The notes beneath the pieces were generated by a model. That model was not told the origin of the DNA. It saw only the letters and a list, made by a program, of their open reading frames with translations, and made no database searches. The position numbers and the translations under genes were made by a program. This document shows positions 6,489-13,440 of a stretch of DNA of 34,024 bases, in pieces. How positions within the stretch are numbered: the stretch's first letter is position 1; every line of letters starts with the position of its first letter. The DNA is taken from the NCBI GenBank assembly GCA_043805855.1, contig JAZDHP010000042.1, forward strand, positions 1-34,024. Direction: 5' to 3'. The DNA is from Candidatus Micrarchaeota archaeon (GTDB taxonomy: Archaea; Micrarchaeota; Micrarchaeia; Norongarragalinales; UBA8480).

Positions 6489-9400
6489 ATGAAAACACGT
6501 GCATTTTTGTTGAACATTGACTACATTCCAACCAGTGGAGCAGCGCTACGTTTAACTCTAAAGCGTGAGTCAGACGGCAAAGTTTTCAGGGTTTTTGAAC
6601 GTAACTTCGAACCGTACTTTTACCTCTTGCCAAAAAAAGATAATGCGGATATAGATAAAGAAAGCATTGAACGAATTGAAAAGCAGTTACTTGCTATAAG
6701 TGAATTTTACCGCGAGACAAACGCGTCGCCTACAAGGATTGAACACGTTAAACGCAAGCACTGCAAGGACAAAGTTGACGTGCTAAAAGTGTTTTGCAAG
6801 CATCCTGGCCACGTTCCTTTAATTGCATCGCAGGCAAAAGCTTACGGAAAAGTTTTCGAACACCAGATTCCATTTGTAACGCGTTACCTTCTTGAGAAAA
6901 ACCTCCGGCCATTTGGTTTAGTTGAAGTTAAATGCACTGGAACTAGTTTAGAAAGCATTGAGTTAGTTCAAAGCGACGCGGTTCCTGAACTTAGGGTAAT
7001 GGCGTTTGACATTGAAACTTACAATCGGGGGGGAGCTATGAGCGACCCGAAGAAAGATCCGTGTTTAATGATAAGTTACGCGACAAATGACAAAAGCGGC
7101 GTGCTTTCCCACACTAAAAAGTTCAGTGAGAAGTTCGTTGAAGTGTTGAAAAGCGAAAAAGAAATGATTGAACGTTTTTGTGAAATTGTGCGAGAAAACC
7201 ACGTTGATTTACTTTCCTCTTATAATGGTGATGTGTTTGACTTGCCTTATTTACGCGAACGTGCTAAAATTTTACGTGCAGATTTTCGTCTTGGTCGCGA
7301 CAAGAGTTTGCCAAAAACTAAACCAAAAGGGATACGTTCGGCAACAAGCCTCGGTGGTAGAATTCACTTTGATGCTTATCCAGTTGTTTCGTTTTTGAAT
7401 TTCATCGGCGCGTTTAAACTTGAACGTTTAACACTACAAGAAGCGTACGCCGCGATTAGCGGAAAGCAAAAAGCAGACATCAAAAAGATGGACATTTATA
7501 AAATCTGGGATCAAGGCACAACAAAAGAACTTGACTATCTTGCTTATTACAACCGCGATGATTCCATTGCTTGTCTCTTCATAACTAATTACGCGCTTCC
7601 GTTGGAAATGGAACTTGCTAGGTTAACTGGCAATTTGTTGTTCGACGTTTCGCGCTCGAGCGCAATGCCGTTAGTTGAACCTTTCATAATGCGCAAATCC
7701 CTCCAGCGTGGCGAGTTAATTCCAAGTAAACCAGCGTATAGTGAAATGAGTTCGCGCGATCAAACTCCAGTTGAAGGTGCGTTTGTTAAATTGCCTGACC
7801 CGGGCGTTTATGAAAAAATCGCAGTTCTTGACTTCCGCTCGTTGTATCCTTCAATTATAATTTCGCACAATGTTGGTGTCGATTCATTTAACTGTGATTG
7901 CTGTGAGAAAAACGCTCACGTTTCGCCGCAGGGCCATCGTTTTTGCCAGAAGTACAAGAGCATAATTGCAGATACGCTGGAAGAAGTGCTCGATACGCGA
8001 TTCGCAGTGCAGAAGAAAATGAAAACATTTAAGGATAAGGAAAGCAGTGAATACAAGCGGCTCTATGCTAAGCAGTGGTCGTTGAAAATTCTCGCTAACA
8101 GTGTTTACGGTTTGACTCTCAACGCGCGGTTCAGGTGGTATAGCCGCGAAGGAGGAGAGTCAACAACAGCATGGGCAAGGCAGTATATTCAAGATACAAT
8201 GAAACAAGCGGAAGAGCAAGAGTTTAAAGTACTTTATGGAGATAGTGTTACTCGTGATCGGTTTGTAACTGTTCTTCAAAACGGGTTTATCAAAATAAAA
8301 AATATTGAAGAATTGTTTGATGAATACGCGCATACACTTAAAAAGTATGGCGAAAAGGAGATTGTTTTCCCGCAAGGGGTTAACGCGCTTTCGCTTGATC
8401 CAGTTACTTTGAAGCCAGTTTGGCGGCAAGTAAATGAAGTAATTAGGCATAAAACTAATAAGCCAATTTTGCGAGTAGAGCAGAAGTATGGTGAAACGGT
8501 TGTAACGACTGATCATTCTCTAATGACGCTTGAAAACGGGAAATTACGTGAAGTTAAGCCAACTGATTTACATTCTTCAAAATTAGTTCGGGTGGATTCT
8601 GTTCCAGAAGTAAAAGAAATTAATAAAATTGATGTTCTTGAAGTGCTCAATGGATACGTGCATAAGTTTAATTACAAAAACGCTGAGAAAACTGCGCGAA
8701 TATGGGCGGATGATAAAAGAGTTTGGTTTGGCTGGATGAAAAACAGCGACGAAATATATGTAAAGCGGTTTATCGAGCTAAATTCCCCTGAAGGAGAAGC
8801 GCTTTGTAGCTTACTAGGTGCGTACATTGCGGAAGGCAGCTCGTCTACAATTGAAACTACAGCTAGTAGGTTTGGAGCTAGTATAGCTTCTTCAGACGTT
8901 CAATGGTTGCGTGAATTGCAACAAGATTATAGCCTGCTTTTCAATGCGAAAACTTCAATTATTGCGTCTAACGTTAAAACGCGTCACTTGAACTATGCCA
9001 CTACTAGCGGCTCAAAAACAGTGGTTTATGATGACTTAACGCATAAATTACAAATGATGAATGGGCTTAGCGCAGTGTTTTTCAAATGTTTCTGTGGGCA
9101 GAAAAGCAAAGGTAAAAAAATGCCAGATTTTATATTCCACGCGCCAATTTCTTTGCAGCATATTTTGCTAAACCGTATGATTCAAGGAGATGGAAGCCAC
9201 TATGTGAATAAGAAGCTTGGATATTCTGAGGTTTATGTAGAAAAAAACTTTTCTTATACTACTAACTCCTTGCAGTTAATTTCTGGGTTGTCTTTGTTGC
9301 TTAATCAAATAAGTCAAAATTATGTTATTAATTATCGGCCAAGCAAAGCGGTTTACTCTCTTAGAACTTGTGATAGGTTTAACTCTAATTTAACAACTAA

Positions 9401-10172
9401 GTTGACTCCGGAAAAATACGCGGGATATGTTTACGATTTAAATGTTGAAGGCACGCATACGTTTGTAGATTCTTGTGGACAAATTTTATTGCATAATACT
9501 GATTCTATGATGTTGTTGTACAAGAACGAAAATGACGTTATGGAATTTCGCGACAAGATAAACAAATCGCTTCCCGAGAGAATGGAATTAGAGTTGGAAG
9601 ATTTTTACCCGCGGGGTGTGTTCGTCGCAAAGAAAGGCGGGGACAAAGGTGCTAAGAAGAAATACGCGTTGATAAACAAAGAAGGTAAAATTAAAATCCG
9701 CGGGTTTGAGTTGGTTAGAAGGGATTGGAGTAAAGTCGCGCGCCGCGTACAGCGACAAGTTTTAGAAATTCTATTAAAAGATGGTGACGTTAACAAAGCA
9801 CTTGCACTTGTTCGGAAAACTGTTGCTGAATTGCAAAGCGGTAAAGTGCCGCTTGACGATTTAGTTATTGTAACGCAGTTGCGCAAGAAGCCAAAGGATT
9901 ACGAGATAATGAGCCCCGAGGTAAGTGCTTATGTAAAAGCGATTAAAGCGGGTTTGCAAGTTCCAGAAGCAGTTGTCTCCTACGTTGTTACGTCAAAGGG
10001 AAAAACCATTTCAGAAAAAGCACAAGTACGCGAGTTGGCAAAGGACTATGACGCTGATTATTACATTAACCATCAACTGCTTCCATCTGTTTTGAAAATC
10101 TTAAGCGAGTTAGGTGTGAAAGAAGACGACGTGCTTACCAACAGTAAACAAAGCACGTTAGGTGGATGGTAA
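6489..10172 (+). CDS. polB: Family B DNA polymerase, intein-containing (809 aa after splicing)
   Basis: ExoI 'FDIET', ExoII 'YNGDVFDLPYL', ExoIII 'YNRDD', 'DFRSLYPSII', 'KILANSVYG', 'YGD|TDS', 'KKKYA', 'RGFELVRRDW', and a C-terminal PIP-like 'KQSTLGGW'. Confidence 0.98.
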   Translation: MKTRAFLLNIDYIPTSGAALRLTLKRESDGKVFRVFERNFEPYFYLLPKKDNADIDKESIERIEKQLLAISEFYRETNASPTRIEHVKRKHCKDKVDVLKVFCKHPGHVPLIASQAKAYGKVFEHQIPFVTRYLLEKNLRPFGLVEVKCTGTSLESIELVQSDAVPELRVMAFDIETYNRGGAMSDPKKDPCLMISYATNDKSGVLSHTKKFSEKFVEVLKSEKEMIERFCEIVRENHVDLLSSYNGDVFDLPYLRERAKILRADFRLGRDKSLPKTKPKGIRSATSLGGRIHFDAYPVVSFLNFIGAFKLERLTLQEAYAAISGKQKADIKKMDIYKIWDQGTTKELDYLAYYNRDDSIACLFITNYALPLEMELARLTGNLLFDVSRSSAMPLVEPFIMRKSLQRGELIPSKPAYSEMSSRDQTPVEGAFVKLPDPGVYEKIAVLDFRSLYPSIIISHNVGVDSFNCDCCEKNAHVSPQGHRFCQKYKSIIADTLEEVLDTRFAVQKKMKTFKDKESSEYKRLYAKQWSLKILANSVYGLTLNARFRWYSREGGESTTAWARQYIQDTMKQAEEQEFKVLYGDSVTRDRFVTVLQNGFIKIKNIEELFDEYAHTLKKYGEKEIVFPQGVNALSLDPVTLKPVWRQVNEVIRHKTNKPILRVEQKYGETVVTTDHSLMTLENGKLREVKPTDLHSSKLVRVDSVPEVKEINKIDVLEVLNGYVHKFNYKNAEKTARIWADDKRVWFGWMKNSDEIYVKRFIELNSPEGEALCSLLGAYIAEGSSSTIETTASRFGASIASSDVQWLRELQQDYSLLFNAKTSIIASNVKTRHLNYATTSGSKTVVYDDLTHKLQMMNGLSAVFFKCFCGQKSKGKKMPDFIFHAPISLQHILLNRMIQGDGSHYVNKKLGYSEVYVEKNFSYTTNSLQLISGLSLLLNQISQNYVINYRPSKAVYSLRTCDRFNSNLTTKLTPEKYAGYVYDLNVEGTHTFVDSCGQILLHNTDSMMLLYKNENDVMEFRDKINKSLPERMELELEDFYPRGVFVAKKGGDKGAKKKYALINKEGKIKIRGFELVRRDWSKVARRVQRQVLEILLKDGDVNKALALVRKTVAELQSGKVPLDDLVIVTQLRKKPKDYEIMSPEVSAYVKAIKAGLQVPEAVVSYVVTSKGKTISEKAQVRELAKDYDADYYINHQLLPSVLKILSELGVKEDDVLTNSKQSTLGGW
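8244..9497 (+). mobile_element. Intein with LAGLIDADG homing endonuclease in PolB motif C (418 aa)
   Basis: Splits YGD|TDS. Begins S-V-T, has block B 'TTDHS', LAGLIDADG helices 'LLGAYIAEGS' and 'LNRMIQGDGS', block F 'VYDLNV', and ends 'LLHN' before Thr. Confidence 0.96.
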
Positions 10173-10921
10173 TTGCTATGCAGCAAAGCGAGTTAGTTTC
10201 AAAGTGTAAAATTCTCTTAGAGGCTTATCGCACTGGAAAACTGGGAAACACGCAGATGCCCGAAGACTCAAACCCTGGCTTTGCGGATAACGAATTTGAA
10301 CAACAGTTAACCTATTTCACTTTGCCAATGGCGTTGAACTACCAACGCGACAGCTATAAGCTATGGCAAGCTGCTTTGAAAACTTATCGAGACAGTGATA
10401 CGGCGTTGGTTTTTGATATTAACGAAGCCGCTTCTATGGATATTGCAAAACTGCGTGATTGTTTAGGCAAATACAAGTTGGCTTTGCAGCCTAACAAGCA
10501 TACGCTAACTTGGCAGACAATATGTCGGACAGTAGCTGGTAAATTCGGGTCGCTGGCTGGTTTATTCGAACAAGCAGATTTTGACTACTTGAAACTCAAA
10601 GAAATAATTCAGCATAAAGAAAAGAAAGGGTTTCCCTATCTATCTGGCCCGAAGATTTTCAACTACTGGAGCTTCATAATGCGCGTATACGGAAAGGTAA
10701 ACCTCAAACATGCAGAATGTATTGAAATTGCTCCGGACACGCATGTAACTCAATGTTCTGTGCTATTAGGATTGGTAACCCAAAGCGAAGCGCAAAAAAT
10801 GTCAAAAGAAGAATTGTCCGCACGCTGGAGAAAAACACTAGAAAATACTGGGATAAACCCTATTGATATGCACGCGCCGCTTTGGTTCTGGAGCAGAAAC
10901 AATTTCGCGTTTAAACTTTAA
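10166..10921 (+). CDS. HhH-GPD superfamily DNA glycosylase-like protein
   Basis: Helix-hairpin-helix-like 'FPYLSGPKIFNYW' followed by 'IAPDTHV' (compare EndoIII 'VDTHV') and C-terminal 'LWFWSR'. No 4Fe-4S Cys cluster. The start overlaps the polB stop; an alternative ATG is at 10178. Confidence 0.65.
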   Translation: MVIAMQQSELVSKCKILLEAYRTGKLGNTQMPEDSNPGFADNEFEQQLTYFTLPMALNYQRDSYKLWQAALKTYRDSDTALVFDINEAASMDIAKLRDCLGKYKLALQPNKHTLTWQTICRTVAGKFGSLAGLFEQADFDYLKLKEIIQHKEKKGFPYLSGPKIFNYWSFIMRVYGKVNLKHAECIEIAPDTHVTQCSVLLGLVTQSEAQKMSKEELSARWRKTLENTGINPIDMHAPLWFWSRNNFAFKL

Positions 10922-10983
10922 GATGGCCTTTTAGTAAGGCAAATTTTCTTCCTTTTCTATTCGTCTACTTTTCTATGCGAAGC

Positions 10984-11020
10984 TTTTAAATATCTGACGT
11001 AGATATCTATTTATGATATC
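10984..11020 (+). promoter_or_regulatory. TATA box plus palindromic operator-like sites upstream of the toxin-antitoxin operon
   Basis: TTTTAAAT at 10984-10991, ATATCT-5 nt-AGATAT at 10990-11006, the perfect palindrome TAGATATCTA at 11000-11009, and GATATC at 11015-11020. Confidence 0.55.
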
Positions 11021-11025
11021 TTTAA

Positions 11026-11313
11026 ATGTTCGAAGTTTGGTTCGATGGATTGCCCGTAAAAGTTTCACATGCGGCAGAAAAGGAATTAGTTGACTTAGGC
11101 TTAGATGCAGCGGATGCTGTTGAAGTTCTTAAAAATGGGTTTGAATGCAGTAGAAGTACAAGAAATAGAGATAAAATTGAAAGATGTTTTAGGAAAGGAG
11201 ATAAAATAATTAGAGTAGTTGCAGCTTATGGCTACAGTTGTTTTTTCAAGGAAGAAGTGTTGGTGTTAATTCACGTTTCCAAAGAAGGTTTGAAATATGA
11301 TAAAGAAAGGTAA
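11026..11313 (+). CDS. Putative toxin, DUF4258/RelE-like ribonuclease
   Basis: 95 aa. 'VSHAAEKEL.DLGLD..DAVEVLKNG...IIRVV...LIHV' follows the DUF4258-like pattern, and the gene overlaps a Zn-finger antitoxin. Confidence 0.65.
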   Translation: MFEVWFDGLPVKVSHAAEKELVDLGLDAADAVEVLKNGFECSRSTRNRDKIERCFRKGDKIIRVVAAYGYSCFFKEEVLVLIHVSKEGLKYDKER

Positions 11314-11635
11314 GATGAACTGTGTTTTTTGTGGCAAGCGGACGCTTTATCAAGAAATAACAGTTAGGCTACAGCCTGGTAGCATAAAATGCCGTGCTTG
11401 GCAATGCACTTCTTGTAAAGAATATTATATGGACTCTGGTCCAGTGCAGCAATCGCTTTTACTCAACAAACTGCAACGTGGCTTAAAAGTAAAAATAGGT
11501 CAGCTTGGTAATAGCAATATCTTTCGCTTTCCAGCGGAGGTTGTACAATTGCTTGAATTGAAAAAAGGCGGGGAAGTAACGGCTAAAGTTGTAAATAATA
11601 AAGGTAAACTAGTTTTAGAAATAACGCCTAATTGA
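11297..11635 (+). CDS. Putative antitoxin: YgiT/MqsA-type Zn finger plus AbrB/SpoVT DNA-binding domain
   Basis: CVFC...CTSCKEYY zinc ribbon followed by the AbrB motif 'KIGQLGNSNIFRFPAEVVQLLELKKGGEV'. Confidence 0.8.
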   Translation: MIKKGKMNCVFCGKRTLYQEITVRLQPGSIKCRAWQCTSCKEYYMDSGPVQQSLLLNKLQRGLKVKIGQLGNSNIFRFPAEVVQLLELKKGGEVTAKVVNNKGKLVLEITPN

Positions 11636-11650
11636 TAAAAATAAAAGAAA

Positions 11651-11783
11651 CGAGCCCGCCGCGATTCGAACGCGGGATCTACTGGTTTTTTCCTCAGTTT
11701 TTCGCCAAGATCGAAGCTTCGACTTTCCTCGCGAAAAGCTTCGCTCGGAACCAGTCGCTCTATCCAGGCTGAGCTACGGGCCC
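11651..11783 (-). tRNA. tRNA-Arg(CCG) with anticodon-loop intron; CCA not encoded
   Basis: Minus strand: acceptor GGGCCCG/CGGGCTC plus G73, D-arm GCTC-AGCCTGGATA-GAGC (A20 is an Arg identity element), anticodon stem ACTGG/CCAGT with loop TT-CCG-A|A, and T-arm CCGCG-TTCGAAT-CGCGG. Confidence 0.93.
11687..11744 (-). other. 58-nt tRNA intron (placed at canonical position 37/38)
   Basis: Removing it restores a 7-nt anticodon loop. Exon TTCC can pair with intron GGAA. The exact junction is ambiguous by a base because of the A-run. Confidence 0.8.
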
Positions 11784-11842
11784 TTGTTAATTATTTGTTG
11801 CAGCCAAGCTTTTAATTCTTCTTTACCTAGACTTTTGCGTAT

Positions 11843-12592
11843 ATGATAATTGAGCCTAAGAGTTTAGAGCAAATGGAAGCGCAACTTAAGGCAATTCCGG
11901 AAGCGCAGCGTAAAGTGCTTGTTTTAGTTGGCCGCCATCCGAATGAAGGTACGTTTAACATCGCGCGTGAGCATCATAAAAAATGGGAGGCGCACGGTGC
12001 AGTTGTTATTAGAATTCCAGCAAAGTGGACGCCGCACAAGTTTTGGCACGATAAAGCAAGGGGTAAACTCCCGCCTGGAACTTCTTCTTTTAGTGTTCCA
12101 AGCGATAATGATGTTATTAATTTTCTGGCGCAAAGTGGTTTCAAAGTTCCAGTGCTTAATTTTCACAGTTCGCCGTACACTTTTTTAAATTCTTCTTTAT
12201 TCTATGTGCTCAAAGCTCGAAAGAGTCACCTTAGTTATCACGTAGCTCCATGGAGCGCGGTTTACCGTTATAAAGGTTTTCAAGTTGCGCGCGGGATGAT
12301 TAATAATCCTAATGAAGTTTGTGTTGAGCTTAATTGTCGCGGTGCTGAACTTAACCCTAAAGCTCGTGCGCACGTAATTGCGGAAAAGTTTAGCGAACCT
12401 AAAAATCAACTTCATCAAGTTCAAATAGGGCCTCGGGCGGTAAACAACGCGTTGATTACACGAAAAACTTTAAGCTTATTTGAAGAAAGACACGGGGCTG
12501 CTTTTGAAAGTATTTTGGCGCATTTAGCTAAAACTGGTTTAAAGCCAAAGCCAGTTACGCCGCGGTTGTCAGAGCCTTATGAAGAACTTTAG
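11843..12592 (+). CDS. Hypothetical protein with M14/AstE-AspA-like Zn-hydrolase motifs
   Basis: 'VLVLVGRHPNEG' (HxxE), 'VLNFHSS' (compare DLH) and 'VCVEL' occur in the expected order. TATA-like TTTTAATT near 11810. Confidence 0.5.
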   Translation: MIIEPKSLEQMEAQLKAIPEAQRKVLVLVGRHPNEGTFNIAREHHKKWEAHGAVVIRIPAKWTPHKFWHDKARGKLPPGTSSFSVPSDNDVINFLAQSGFKVPVLNFHSSPYTFLNSSLFYVLKARKSHLSYHVAPWSAVYRYKGFQVARGMINNPNEVCVELNCRGAELNPKARAHVIAEKFSEPKNQLHQVQIGPRAVNNALITRKTLSLFEERHGAAFESILAHLAKTGLKPKPVTPRLSEPYEEL

Positions 12593-12615
12593 CAATTATA
12601 CTTTTAGAGATTAAT

Positions 12616-13365
12616 TTATTCTTTCACTTCTAGGTTTATTACGCTTAGTTTGTCAGCTGCTTTGTTTATTGGCCACGTTGCTAGGTTGATTATTGTGTTG
12701 AATATTCCTGCGAGTGAGAGCATTGCAATTGCGACGAAGATTGAAAAGTAGTCGTGCATTGATTGGAAGAATGGCACTTTAGTTAGTTCAGTTTTTAGCA
12801 TTTGCATTTGCGCTTCGCTTACCTGCGTGTTGTTAGATAATACTTGCGGGTTTAGTTGCACTGCGCTGTTTATGAATTGGTCAAAATAAGCTTCTTTGTT
12901 TAGTTCCACTTTTACAATTGAAAACGCAACGATCAACACGAGGAAAACCGTGAGCGCGGTTTTGACGTACTTCCGATGGTTTGTTTCTTTTTTTTCCCGG
13001 CTTGCTAGAATTGCAGTTAGCCCAAAGGTAATTGCGAACATTATGAATAGTGGTGCATAGGCTGGAATAAGCGCGGTTGACATTAATGCGATTATCAAGA
13101 ATAAAATTAACGGAACAGCTGCTTCGATTATCTCTAATTTTGAACCGTAAAAGCTGGTTGTTGTAATTGCAAGTGCAAATGCAACGATGAATATAATCAA
13201 TTGCGGCGTAGCTAGATTTGCAACGCTTGCTACGTTTATCAGTGTTGAAAAGTTTATTCCAGTTGCAATGAAGCTGTAAAGAGTAATAAGAAAAAGCGCT
13301 AAGCTAGCGATTAATAGTGGAATTTTTTTAGTGAAGTTCTCGTTTGTAAATGCGTTAGCTGTCAT
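12616..13365 (-). CDS. Multi-pass membrane protein (about 6 TM helices)
   Basis: 249 aa with five N-terminal hydrophobic helices, a loop, and a C-terminal helix. Confidence 0.8.
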   Translation of the reverse strand: MTANAFTNENFTKKIPLLIASLALFLITLYSFIATGINFSTLINVASVANLATPQLIIFIVAFALAITTTSFYGSKLEIIEAAVPLILFLIIALMSTALIPAYAPLFIMFAITFGLTAILASREKKETNHRKYVKTALTVFLVLIVAFSIVKVELNKEAYFDQFINSAVQLNPQVLSNNTQVSEAQMQMLKTELTKVPFFQSMHDYFSIFVAIAMLSLAGIFNTIINLATWPINKAADKLSVINLEVKE

Positions 13366-13440
13366 TAATAGCTTACGCTGACTGTTTTTTTAAACCTTTT
13401 ACGCTAGCTGATTCGCTAGCGTTTTGCGTTGCTTGCTTTG

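Noticed and set aside
10166..11651. Integrated element at tRNA-Arg
   Set aside because: No duplicate of the tRNA 3' end and no integrase were found in the window.
11687..11744. tRNA intron as a C/D box guide RNA (CTGA near its 3' end; flpA/nop5 nearby)
   Set aside because: No convincing RTGATGA C box. The best match, GCGAGGA, has two mismatches, and there is no C'/D' pair.
13401..13422. Inverted repeat ACGCTAGC-6 nt-GCTAGCGT between two minus-strand genes
   Set aside because: It could be a terminator or operator, but each arm is built on the self-palindromic GCTAGC and no U-tract follows on the coding strand, so support is insufficient.
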